Virus record (IMG/VR): IMGVR_UViG_3300035654_000005
From: an uncultured virus (IMG/VR IMGVR_UViG_3300035654_000005)
Lineage: Duplodnaviria; Heunggongvirae; Uroviricota; Caudoviricetes
Length of the DNA: 64,000 nucleotides
Strand: one strand, 5' to 3'
Within the stretch, counting starts at the first letter, position 1, and every line of letters starts with the position of its first letter. The position numbers were made by a program, and so were the translations under genes. The notes beneath the pieces were generated by a model. It ran no database searches and was not told where the DNA came from. It saw nothing but the letters and a program-made list of their open reading frames with translations. Below, one piece after another: positions 1 through 9,242 of this stretch.

Positions 1-29
1 ATATTATTCTCTATTATCAATACGTTAAT

Positions 30-51
30 CATACCCTAATCATAGGGTATG
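30..51. terminator. Hairpin downstream of glutaredoxin, possible terminator of the nrd operon
   Basis: 9-bp inverted repeat CATACCCTA/TAGGGTATG with 4-nt loop just past the grx stop; U-tract is weak. Confidence 0.4.
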
Positions 52-58
52 GTCAACA

Positions 59-280
59 CTAATTCAACTTCTGTTGCAACTCCATATATCCGCCAACTAA
101 GTTACCGTCTAGGAATACCTGAGGAACAGACTTAGCAGTCGGAACTGCAGCCAATAGATCTTCGCGCTGATATCCCTTACCTACGACACGTTCTTCGTAG
201 GTAATGCCTTTAGCTGTTAAAAGTTGCTTTGCTTTATCGCACTGTGGACAGTGCTCTTTACTCCATACTACTGCTGTCAT
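59..280 (-). CDS. Glutaredoxin (T4 NrdC/NrdH-like)
   Basis: CPQC dithiol, SVPQVF and GGY motifs; directly follows nrdB. Confidence 0.93.
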   Translation of the reverse strand: MTAVVWSKEHCPQCDKAKQLLTAKGITYEERVVGKGYQREDLLAAVPTAKSVPQVFLDGNLVGGYMELQQKLN

Positions 281-289
281 GTTAATTCC

Positions 290-1390
290 TTATAGATTTG
301 GTAGTTGATCGTAATCTAATTGATCACTCATAACACCAATTACATAGCTTGTACTCTCATTTTCTTGGAGAGCTGTCTGTTTTTTGCTTGTATCAGAGTG
401 CTTGGTAAACCATGGCACTGGACTTGATTTAGGCGCTGTACCGTGATACTTCAAGTCGATTGCTTTCAACGCATCTACAGCGGTGAAGTCCACCAAATCA
501 CACATAATGTTGGAGTTCATACCGATGACTGGACCTTTTTTGAACAGGAATGTGGACCAGTCCTTTTCTTCACGAATTACGTCCATATACATGCCATACA
601 CTTCAGCTTCACATCGTATTTTAGCAGCACGGAATCGCGCATCGTCTTTTACGACTTGCTTAATCATGTAAGCAGTCCAATCTTTATGGAGCAATTCATC
701 CTGTAAAATCAAGCTGATAATATTACCATTACCAATGAAGATTCTATTCTCAACCATTGCTAAGCTTGTAGCAAACGATACCATAAACCTGAATGCTTCA
801 AGTCCATAACTAGCGTTTAACGCCAACCAAATAGCGTCGATATGATCTTCTTCACTGACAGTCATGCCAAGTTCCTTCATACAATTCAAGCGGTGAAGCT
901 TATCGTAGTATGTACCAATGTTACTTGCCATGCTGATAATTTCAGAAGTGTCGTGAATCTTGTTAAACTCTTCTTTAGGTACTTGGTAAATATTTCGTAT
1001 AATATGACTATAAGATCTACTATGAATATTTGTCTCGTAGAAGCTCCAATTGCTCATCAGAGCTTCTACTTCTGGAACACTCGCTACTGGTGTAAACACC
1101 TGAGCAGGCGCACGACCTTGCAAGCTATCCAAAGCTGTCTGTCTTAAAAGGTTACTAGTAAAAATATGCTTAACAGCATCACTAGCGTCTTTGAAGTCAG
1201 CTTTATCTTTAGTAAGCGTCACTTCTTCCGGAACCCAAAAGAATCCACGAGCTGTTTGCTCAAACTTCTGGATTTTTGGATACCTTACCTCTTCAAACCG
1301 CTGGATAGTAACTGGACCCGCTGGGTCCAGAAACATCTGACGGTCTAGGTAATTAGTTTGTTTTGATAAATCGTATTGTGATAAACTCAT
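290..1390 (-). CDS. nrdB: Ribonucleotide reductase class Ia beta subunit
   Basis: FFWVPEEV, LDSLQ, ETNIHSRSY (Fe ligand plus radical Tyr), LEAFRF, DELLH, C-terminal QENESTSY. Confidence 0.97.
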   Translation of the reverse strand: MSLSQYDLSKQTNYLDRQMFLDPAGPVTIQRFEEVRYPKIQKFEQTARGFFWVPEEVTLTKDKADFKDASDAVKHIFTSNLLRQTALDSLQGRAPAQVFTPVASVPEVEALMSNWSFYETNIHSRSYSHIIRNIYQVPKEEFNKIHDTSEIISMASNIGTYYDKLHRLNCMKELGMTVSEEDHIDAIWLALNASYGLEAFRFMVSFATSLAMVENRIFIGNGNIISLILQDELLHKDWTAYMIKQVVKDDARFRAAKIRCEAEVYGMYMDVIREEKDWSTFLFKKGPVIGMNSNIMCDLVDFTAVDALKAIDLKYHGTAPKSSPVPWFTKHSDTSKKQTALQENESTSYVIGVMSDQLDYDQLPNL

Positions 1391-1403
1391 TTACTTAATG
1401 CCC

Positions 1404-3746
1404 TTATAGTTTGCATGCTTCGCAAGATTCTTCTTCTGCCTCATCAAACACGCTATTGGCTGCTGTGATGACTGGCTCTTCTTCTTTACTACCTTTTTTG
1501 TTGATTAGACTGTAGTACATAGTTTTAAGACCCCACTTATGCGCCAACATTAAGTTTTTTGCGATGAGTGTCGGTGGTACTTTTCTATCCAATTCAGGTA
1601 CTTCACTACGGAAGTGTGCTGGATTATAGAATGTGTTGGTACTGATACTTTGATCAACATACGCTGCAATAACGGCTGCTGTCTTAATATAGTTTACACA
1701 ATCTGTTTGATCCCACAATAATTCGTAGTTGTTTTTGTACTTCTGATATTCTGGCACTACTTGAATCAACGAACCAGACTTGGATTCTTTTACAGAAATC
1801 AATTGCATCACGTGTTCAATACCATTCGTACTACCATTGCCTGTAATAGCAACTGAACTTGACTCAACCGGAGCAACTGCACCAACTGTTGCTGCGCGTA
1901 CACCTGATTTAATCATACGCCCACGTAGTAGTTCCCAATCTAATGTTGGGGTAAAGTCAGTCAATTCGTTAGAACCTTCTGCACGTAGTTCCCATGGGAA
2001 TATACCTTGACCATATCGTGTTAGGTGGCTGTGTTCACATGGACCACGCTCTTCAGCCAACTCAATGTTAGCTTCCATTAGGTAATACGTTTGGTGTTCC
2101 ATCCAGCGCTTAACATTGGCTAATGAATCATCAGCACCGTATTTCAACCCACGTTTAGCGTGCCAATATGCCAAGTTCGTAATACCGATACCCAACGGTT
2201 GAATTTCTTTATTACTTAGCTCACTCTGAATACTCAAGAAATCTTGGTAGTCTAATACGTTGCATAAACTACGTACCAGCACTTTACACGCTTTACGCAT
2301 GTCTTCAGGATTTTTACATGCACCCCAGTTGATTGAACCCAGTGTACACAATGCAATACGGCCTTCAGCATCTTCCAAACGCTCAAACGATTTAGTTGGT
2401 AATAAGATCTCAACACAAAGGTTTGATTGGTAGATTACGTGATGTTTAGGATCGAATGGACCTTGATTCATTACATTGTCGATGTTTACAAGGTAAATCC
2501 TACCAGTATCAGTACGCTCTTTTAAGATACCACCTTTGAATACTTCTTCAGCACTCATTACCTTTTTACGAAGATCTTTACGCTTCTCATACTTAGTGTA
2601 CAATTCTTCAAACAACTCTGAATCTGAATAGAACGCTTGGTATAAGTCAGGTACTTGGTTTGGATCAAAGAACGTGATATTTTCTTTATTCTTGAAGCGC
2701 TTCCAGAAGAATGCACTTAATACAACACCGTAGTCTACGTGACGTACACGTGTTTCATCTGTGCCCTGATTGTTTTTAAGAACAATAAGGTCATCAAACT
2801 GAGCATGCCATATAGGATAGAAAATCGTAGCTGATGCGTTGCGAATACCACCTTGTGAACAACTGCGTAAGTCATAGAACCATTTTTTAAGGAATGGAAT
2901 CATACCTGTATGTTTAATCTCGCCACCACGGATAGGGCTACCAATTGGGCGAACGCGACCAACGTCTAACCCAATACCTGCACGTTTTGACGCATACTTA
3001 GCCATCATTTCGCCTGAAGCAAATATACTATCTAAGCTGTCACCAGACTTAATAAGCACACAGCTACTAAATTGTTTCGTAGGAGTACCTAGTCCAGCTA
3101 ATACGGGAGTTGCTAACGTAAACATACCATCGCTAGCACAATCGTAATAGTCACGAACGTACTTTAAGCGTGATTTAGGTTCAGCATGGAATGCTGTCGC
3201 TGCTGCAACCATGTAACGAATTTGCGGTGTTTCATATACTTGATTAGTGCTACGATTGCGGACAAGGTATTTTTCAACAAGTTGTTCGATAGCAGCATAG
3301 CTGTATAACTCATCTTTACCATGATCAATATACTTATCCATCGTATTCCACTCATCGTCAGAATACCATTCAAGTAGTTCATTGCTATATACACCTGCGG
3401 CTACGTTGGCTTTAACGATTTCCAATAAAGGAGGTGGAGTATACTGACCGTATACATCTTTACGCAGCATTGAAACGCGTTGCTTACCTGCTGCAAACTG
3501 ATAGTTAGTATGACCTATGTCAGGTAAATTTTCTTGGTCAATCAAATCAACAATAGCTCTAAGAGTTAAATTGTCAATATCGCGTGTTGTAATTCCGTCG
3601 TAAAAGTGCGGTTGTGCTTTAATTTCAATCATACTCTGACTAATGTCAGGAATGCCTATACTGATCTTATGGATCTGTGCTTGCCATTTTTCAATCTGTA
3701 ACGGCTCTTTACTACCGTCACGTTTAATTACTGTAATGTTGGTCAT
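1404..3746 (-). CDS. nrdA: Ribonucleotide reductase class Ia alpha subunit with N-terminal ATP cone
   Basis: TVIKRDG ATP-cone start, QFSSC, SNLCVE catalytic motif, LCTLGS, KTMYY, C-terminal CEAC; ATG at 3746 preferred over GTG at 3758. Confidence 0.97.
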   Translation of the reverse strand: MTNITVIKRDGSKEPLQIEKWQAQIHKISIGIPDISQSMIEIKAQPHFYDGITTRDIDNLTLRAIVDLIDQENLPDIGHTNYQFAAGKQRVSMLRKDVYGQYTPPPLLEIVKANVAAGVYSNELLEWYSDDEWNTMDKYIDHGKDELYSYAAIEQLVEKYLVRNRSTNQVYETPQIRYMVAAATAFHAEPKSRLKYVRDYYDCASDGMFTLATPVLAGLGTPTKQFSSCVLIKSGDSLDSIFASGEMMAKYASKRAGIGLDVGRVRPIGSPIRGGEIKHTGMIPFLKKWFYDLRSCSQGGIRNASATIFYPIWHAQFDDLIVLKNNQGTDETRVRHVDYGVVLSAFFWKRFKNKENITFFDPNQVPDLYQAFYSDSELFEELYTKYEKRKDLRKKVMSAEEVFKGGILKERTDTGRIYLVNIDNVMNQGPFDPKHHVIYQSNLCVEILLPTKSFERLEDAEGRIALCTLGSINWGACKNPEDMRKACKVLVRSLCNVLDYQDFLSIQSELSNKEIQPLGIGITNLAYWHAKRGLKYGADDSLANVKRWMEHQTYYLMEANIELAEERGPCEHSHLTRYGQGIFPWELRAEGSNELTDFTPTLDWELLRGRMIKSGVRAATVGAVAPVESSSVAITGNGSTNGIEHVMQLISVKESKSGSLIQVVPEYQKYKNNYELLWDQTDCVNYIKTAAVIAAYVDQSISTNTFYNPAHFRSEVPELDRKVPPTLIAKNLMLAHKWGLKTMYYSLINKKGSKEEEPVITAANSVFDEAEEESCEACKL

Positions 3747-3793
3747 TATGCTGACCACCCATCGACACGAATGTGTATGGAGATGTGTTGCAT
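3746..3793 (-). CDS. Putative 15-aa leader peptide MQHISIHIRVDGWSA coupled to nrdA
   Basis: ATG at 3793 preceded by AAGAAGGGT; its TAA overlaps the nrdA ATG as TAATG. Confidence 0.4.
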   Translation of the reverse strand: MQHISIHIRVDGWSA

Positions 3794-3844
3794 GTCGGGT
3801 GTACCCTTCTTATTGTTGTTGATGTTAGTACTGTTACGCCTACT

Positions 3845-3874
3845 ATTGTAGTTGATTACCACGATATTGAGCAA
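3845..3874 (-). promoter_or_regulatory. sigma70-type promoter for nrdA
   Basis: TTGCTC-18 nt-TACAAT on minus strand. Confidence 0.5.
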
Positions 3875-3996
3875 CAGTTTTGTACGAGTGTGTGGATAAT
3901 AGCGAGATTCTATTAATAAAGCAGGTAGGTTTATTTAGTCAATTTACCAGCAAACTTGGTTTTATCAAATACCCCAATATGTTATGTGTATTTCCG

Positions 3997-4025
3997 TTGC
4001 TTTTAGTTACTGAGTAGGATATGAT
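3997..4025 (+). promoter_or_regulatory. sigma70-type early promoter
   Basis: TTGCTT-17 nt-TATGAT upstream of ORF 4093. Confidence 0.65.
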
Positions 4026-4092
4026 ATCCAAACGTTGAGCTTGATAGCACTCGCTGATCAAGTGTTCAATAAGCATAACAAAGGAATCAAAC

Positions 4093-4368
4093 ATGGCATA
4101 TGTCCAACGTGAACCAGCCCGCGAACCACAAAAAGAAAAAGATGTGGGTCAAATCATTCGTTACTTAACCCATACTTTCAACCAAGCAACAGCCAAAATG
4201 GAGCGTCCATGGCGCAACAACAAAACTGGTGTTGCTAACCAGTTATACGTATTACAACGCGAATATGCGTATCTCATCAACGAAGTCGGCCAAGCACCGC
4301 GATGCTTAGTGCAAAAAGCGATTGCTGACTGCAACGAGTACATCGACAAAGTGATTAGTTCTACCTAA
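4093..4368 (+). CDS. Hypothetical early protein (91 aa)
   Basis: AAGGA RBS, own sigma70-type promoter; no motif recognised. Confidence 0.75.
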   Translation: MAYVQREPAREPQKEKDVGQIIRYLTHTFNQATAKMERPWRNNKTGVANQLYVLQREYAYLINEVGQAPRCLVQKAIADCNEYIDKVISST

Positions 4369-4403
4369 TCCTACCACATTCGTGGAATAGCATAAATATC
4401 TAT

Positions 4404-4967
4404 ATGTTATTCCACGAGCTCATTCCACCTACACCTTCAACATACTCATTATCTAATATAATTAGAGCAGAGTGTGGCCAATACCTTCATCTATCCGAAG
4501 GCTTACCACTATTTAAAACCCTACCATCCTCATATGGTGCGTTCAAGCGCGTGAAGGTTAGATTCCAAAAAGCCAAAGATCCAACATCTGCAGTATTCGA
4601 AGCTGCGTTCGGACACAACAAACCAGGTTTCAGAGAACGTGTTGTTATAACATATCCTACTCCACCCATGGTGTTGGAAACTCACGATTTGTATTACATT
4701 TTTCCAGTCGATGGTTTTAAATATATGTTCTCACCTATGGTTCGAGATTCGAATCTCGACATTGGGGGAGTAGTAAATACTTTAATAGAACGATTAGACT
4801 TTGACGAAGGTAGCTCATTGGCAGCAGACTTGTTGCAGTATTCATACCAGAGTACAAACTTACTCGAAGGGTTAAAATCTGAAGCTGAAATAATGCTGTA
4901 TGACTTGCCTAACTTCTTAGCAGTAAGAGTCGATATCGACCCACATTATAACATTATATCAAATTAA
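4404..4967 (+). CDS. Hypothetical protein (187 aa)
   Basis: ORF immediately after ATAAATA (4392-4398). Confidence 0.75.
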   Translation: MLFHELIPPTPSTYSLSNIIRAECGQYLHLSEGLPLFKTLPSSYGAFKRVKVRFQKAKDPTSAVFEAAFGHNKPGFRERVVITYPTPPMVLETHDLYYIFPVDGFKYMFSPMVRDSNLDIGGVVNTLIERLDFDEGSSLAADLLQYSYQSTNLLEGLKSEAEIMLYDLPNFLAVRVDIDPHYNIISN

Positions 4968-4976
4968 AGGCATATC

Positions 4977-5288
4977 ATGAGCTTAGCACTTATCAAACTG
5001 AACAACAATCAAGAAATCGTAGCCGACCTTATTTCAGGTGGTCTTGGAACTACTATGCGCATCACTGCTCCTAGATTTATTGCATACAACCAAACACCTG
5101 ACGGTGCATTCCAAGCTTCTTTAATGGCTTATAGCCCTATTCATCCAGAAGGCACATACGATCTAAATACTACAGATGTATTGTCAATTGCGGTGGATGA
5201 GTTGCCAGAAATTTTAATATCAATGTACAAAGGCAACACCACTGGTTTAGATTTAAACAGTGGACGACAACAAGGTCTTGCACTGTAA
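4977..5288 (+). CDS. Small conserved T4-like phage protein, possibly Sm-like fold
   Basis: LIKLNNNQEIVADL N-terminus resembles KLxxGEEII-type small proteins of T4-like phages; AAGG RBS. Confidence 0.55.
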   Translation: MSLALIKLNNNQEIVADLISGGLGTTMRITAPRFIAYNQTPDGAFQASLMAYSPIHPEGTYDLNTTDVLSIAVDELPEILISMYKGNTTGLDLNSGRQQGLAL

Positions 5289-6268
5289 TGGCAAAAATTA
5301 TATCAAGAGGTGAGGAAGTATATTCATGCGACGTGTGCAACAGATACGTACGTCTGCCGGATAACCCTCTTGGTCTAAATATTCTACACCGCTGCATAAT
5401 AACCAAAGGTTGCTTGGGTAGCTTGCACAAAGTATTAAATAAAAAACTAATATCACAAATCTCGACAATTACTCCTTCGGTTGAGGGGGTAGCTGATTGG
5501 TTCCAACGTAAGATCGTACACACTCATACACAAACAGCACCTACCAAACAGTGGGTGTTTGATCACGACTTAGGTAGCATTCCAGTCGTGCAAGTGTTTA
5601 TTGACCGTGGAATCCCAAATTCAACGAACACCGAGTTACTTGAAACTGAATTATATACTCAAACATCAACATCAACACACACAACTATTAATTTTGATGT
5701 ATCACAAACGGGTATAGCGCAATGTTTAGCACTATCATCCACCACTGTACAGCCAAAAACTGTGCAAGTTACAACCAACGTGCAGTTGACTAATAAAGGT
5801 GAGCTTACAATTGCTACCCTTGATTCTGCACCAGCAATAGGTTTAACAGTTAGATATACAGATACAAATACTGGAGAGACAATCGATGTCCGATACTTCA
5901 GTGTTGATAACAGTCCGTCTATTCTGTCACCATGGGCGTCTATCAGCAATATTTTATTGAATGGTAAACGATACTATGTGCGTAGCTTTAACATTGCTAC
6001 TACACCAGGTGGCAATGCGTTCTTCGCAAGCGGAAGACCACTAACATCGGGGTTCTCAATTACATTCCCTGAACTGGAATCTACATATAACACCAACGTA
6101 ATCCTTTTGGCTGCTAGTCCGTACACAGCTATTGATAAAATCACTAATTCATTCATAGACATTGCTACAGTAACTGCTGTACAGTCTTCTGTAGTACTCG
6201 TAGGTAGTGATCTGGTATCTGTGCCAAGTATCATCCGTGATACTTATCCACCAATACTGCCGCTGTAG
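5288..6268 (+). CDS. Putative virion structural protein with N-terminal Cys cluster
   Basis: CDVC...HRC...C cluster, HTQT..W...H.LG..P.VQV motif typical of tail-associated proteins, Thr/Ser-rich. Confidence 0.5.
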   Translation: MAKIISRGEEVYSCDVCNRYVRLPDNPLGLNILHRCIITKGCLGSLHKVLNKKLISQISTITPSVEGVADWFQRKIVHTHTQTAPTKQWVFDHDLGSIPVVQVFIDRGIPNSTNTELLETELYTQTSTSTHTTINFDVSQTGIAQCLALSSTTVQPKTVQVTTNVQLTNKGELTIATLDSAPAIGLTVRYTDTNTGETIDVRYFSVDNSPSILSPWASISNILLNGKRYYVRSFNIATTPGGNAFFASGRPLTSGFSITFPELESTYNTNVILLAASPYTAIDKITNSFIDIATVTAVQSSVVLVGSDLVSVPSIIRDTYPPILPL

Positions 6269-6330
6269 ATTTTTATACAAATCTAGTAGATAGTACAAAT
6301 ATAATAAAAATAATAAAGGACGTTCATTCT

Positions 6331-7659
6331 ATGAATGATGCAAAACAACGTCTGTTGCTAGAATATTTAATATCATCAGCAGACATCTACACACTCACCA
6401 AGAGTTTAATCAAGCCTTCGTACTTTGATCCTGCTCTTAGATCTACTATTAAGTGGGTCAACGACTACTACGAAGCATATAACGGATTACCCACTCCGAT
6501 TCAAATCAAAGCTGAAACTGGTGTTGAGTTAGAAACTCACGTAGTTACACGCGATCAACAAAAATATTGCACTACGGAGATCGAAGGTTTTTGTAGACGC
6601 AAAGCCTTAGAACAAGCTATTCTCGACGCTCCACAGTTAATCAAAGACGGTAAGAGTGGCGAAATTGAACAACTGATCCGCGATGCATTGCTGGTTAAAA
6701 TATCAACTAGTTTAGGTTTAGATTATTTTGACAATCCTCTCGATCGTTTAGAAGATATGCTTGCACAAGCTCCACGCCACAAGACTGGATTTGGTCAAGC
6801 GTTTGATGACTTGATTGGTGGTGGATTAGCACGTACAGAAATGATCCTATTCACAGCCAACTCTGGTGGTGGTAAATCCCTAGCTCTTGCAAATTTAGCA
6901 CTCAACTTTTCACTTAGTGGGAAAAACGTAGTTTATATCTCCCTAGAATTGTCAGAGCAGATGATTGCTCAACGATTCGACCAGATGTTGAGTGGTGTGT
7001 CGCAAGTATTGTGGAGAGAGAACTACGAATCCATTGCTGACAATATACGTTCAGGTTCTAAAGGTAGTGGCAAACTAACAGTAAAACGTATGAACGTTGG
7101 CACAAACTCAAATGAGATTCGTGCGTTTATTAAAGAATATGAACTCAAATACGGTTTTGTACCTGATCTACTCGTAGTCGATTATTTGGATCTTATGGGC
7201 ACAAATAGTAAAATGACGTCAGATAACATCTCTGAAAAAGATAAACAAACTACAGAGCAGTTGCGTGATATTGGATTCGATTATGATATGTACATCGCGA
7301 GTGCATCTCAACAAAATCGTTCAGGTATTGATGCTGCGTTACCTTCGCAAGCTCACATTGCTGGTGGTTTGACTAAGATCAATACTGTAGATATTTCAGT
7401 ATCGATCTTATTCTCTGCAGTTATGAAGGCAAGTGGACAAATCGGATTTGCGTTTACGAAGACACGTAGTAGTGATGGTGTAGGCAAAACAGCTTTGTGT
7501 GAATGGGCGACTAAGTATCTCCGTGTGTTACCCATGGTAAATAAGCCTGAGGATGCAGTCACAGAACGATATGCTCCAACACCGTCTAAAGACAGTAAAA
7601 AGATTGATTTATCTTCATTGATATCTAAACATTCACAACCAAGAAAAGGAACACAATAA
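6331..7659 (+). CDS. Replicative DNA helicase (T4 gp41/DnaB-like)
   Basis: Walker A ANSGGGKS, YISLELSE, Walker B LLVVDYLD, SASQQNR, KTR arginine finger. Confidence 0.93.
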   Translation: MNDAKQRLLLEYLISSADIYTLTKSLIKPSYFDPALRSTIKWVNDYYEAYNGLPTPIQIKAETGVELETHVVTRDQQKYCTTEIEGFCRRKALEQAILDAPQLIKDGKSGEIEQLIRDALLVKISTSLGLDYFDNPLDRLEDMLAQAPRHKTGFGQAFDDLIGGGLARTEMILFTANSGGGKSLALANLALNFSLSGKNVVYISLELSEQMIAQRFDQMLSGVSQVLWRENYESIADNIRSGSKGSGKLTVKRMNVGTNSNEIRAFIKEYELKYGFVPDLLVVDYLDLMGTNSKMTSDNISEKDKQTTEQLRDIGFDYDMYIASASQQNRSGIDAALPSQAHIAGGLTKINTVDISVSILFSAVMKASGQIGFAFTKTRSSDGVGKTALCEWATKYLRVLPMVNKPEDAVTERYAPTPSKDSKKIDLSSLISKHSQPRKGTQ

Positions 7660-7919
7660 TGCTTGAAGTAACTAAAACAGAAAATGTTGCAACAGATAAC
7701 GGTTTATACCCAACATCATCCCTTCCACCAAACATCCAACAAATCGTTGCGTTGATTGATGAGTGGCGTATGCAGGAAGCCAACGCTGCTGCCAATTTAC
7801 AAATGGTGCGTTCCGCGATCGATGCTGCCCGAAATTCATTACTGAAAGCGATGATTGAGCTTGAAACCACATCAGAGCCAGATCCAGTACCTGATACGTC
7901 AGCAGATACTGTTGAATAA
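7659..7919 (+). CDS. Hypothetical protein (86 aa)
   Basis: TAATG overlap with helicase stop; AAGGA RBS. Confidence 0.7.
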   Translation: MLEVTKTENVATDNGLYPTSSLPPNIQQIVALIDEWRMQEANAAANLQMVRSAIDAARNSLLKAMIELETTSEPDPVPDTSADTVE

Positions 7920-7942
7920 CAACCGACATCAAAAGAGATTGG

Positions 7943-7950
7943 TATAAATA
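7943..7950 (+). promoter_or_regulatory. T4-type late promoter
   Basis: TATAAATA upstream of ORF 7978. Confidence 0.75.
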
Positions 7951-7977
7951 CTTCTAGTCTATAACTCGGAGAACTAC

Positions 7978-8997
7978 ATGTTACCAACCCCTCTAATTAA
8001 ACAATTGCAAGAAGATACTGGCGCCGTAGGCGCTGGTTCTGTTGCATTTGCTGCTACACCTTTGTTTGCTACTCTTGTACGTCGTAGTAAAAAACCTAAA
8101 CTTACTGCAATCAAAGCACCAGCGAAGCGTAAGATGGGCATGGGTGAATCATTCACTGCTACCAAGAAGATTCGCGAGTCTAGTGAATTTGACTCAACAA
8201 GCGTTATCTCCAAGCTTAAAAGTTTAGAGAAACAAGACCAATCTATCTCACAACCAATGGCTACGTTTGGGTTGGAAGATGAAACCGGAAACGTTGTTAA
8301 GGTGTCGGTTCCTGTGGACCAAGCTGAAGATTTTGAAAAATCTCTTCAAGCAGCACTAACAACAGATGATGATACAAATATCGAAATTGCAGAAATCTTG
8401 TTCGATCTTAAAGACCGTTTTGATATATTAGATGTCGATTGGGGTGATGTCGTTGAAGATGAAGAAGAAATTCAACCAGTTGATCCTGACGCACCTATTG
8501 ATCCTAATGCACCAGTTGATGGTGAAGAATTACCTATCGATGGTGAATTACCTCCTGAGGGCGAAGATACGGGCGAAGTTCAGTCATTGCTTACTCAAAT
8601 CATCGACATGATGAAAGCAGATGCGGAAGCTCGTACAGCAGATGCAAAAGCACGTGAAGCTGAATCACAAGCTAAAGAAGCAGAAGCTGCAAGTATTCAA
8701 GCCGCTGCTAAGGTTCGCCAAGAAGAACAAATCTTGGATATGGAAACTCACAATAAGAAACAAAAAGAGATCGGAAAAGAAGCTAAACGTCTTGCTCAGC
8801 TTGCTCAATGGAAACATGAGATGGCTGGTGGCGATGACGAAGCAATTGATGACTTTATTCCTGGTTACAGTGAAGTAACGGATCCAGTCGAACCAGTTGT
8901 TCAACGCGAAGAAAACGAAGAAGTGCGTGCAAAAGTACTTCAACATCCACTANNNNNNNNNNCATCAATCTTGTTAAGCAAATCGAGAGCAAAATGA
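7978..8997 (+). CDS. Acidic/coiled-coil late protein, possible internal head protein (gap near 3' end)
   Basis: Late promoter, GGAG RBS, D/E-rich with Ala/Glu coiled coil; N-run 8953-8962 makes the C-terminus uncertain. Confidence 0.55.
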   Translation: MLPTPLIKQLQEDTGAVGAGSVAFAATPLFATLVRRSKKPKLTAIKAPAKRKMGMGESFTATKKIRESSEFDSTSVISKLKSLEKQDQSISQPMATFGLEDETGNVVKVSVPVDQAEDFEKSLQAALTTDDDTNIEIAEILFDLKDRFDILDVDWGDVVEDEEEIQPVDPDAPIDPNAPVDGEELPIDGELPPEGEDTGEVQSLLTQIIDMMKADAEARTADAKAREAESQAKEAEAASIQAAAKVRQEEQILDMETHNKKQKEIGKEAKRLAQLAQWKHEMAGGDDEAIDDFIPGYSEVTDPVEPVVQREENEEVRAKVLQHPLXXXXSILLSKSRAK

Positions 8998-9242
8998 TTA
9001 CCATTGTAGAAGTTAACAGAATTTTAAACGAAGGTACTGCTGAAGAAGTCGCTCAGCTACAAGCTCAAATATCAACAATTGAGACACAATTACAACGCGT
9101 GTCTCAACCTTTGATTACGCGTAAAAATCGCTTAACTGCTATGTTGGCTCAGAAACAAAAGCAGCTTAGCAATCAACCTGCTGCTCCAACACCAGCACAG
9201 CCAGCTCCTGCTTCACCAACACAAGCTACTCAACCACAGTAA
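8994..9242 (+). CDS. Hypothetical coiled-coil protein with Q/P/A-rich tail
   Basis: ORF overlapping both neighbours (ATGA, TAATG). Confidence 0.65.
   Translation: MITIVEVNRILNEGTAEEVAQLQAQISTIETQLQRVSQPLITRKNRLTAMLAQKQKQLSNQPAAPTPAQPAPASPTQATQPQ

Noticed and set aside
1404..3746. Intron or intein in nrdA (also checked nrdB, helicase, polymerase, portal)
   Set aside because: Lengths are normal and motifs contiguous; no intein-like insertions seen
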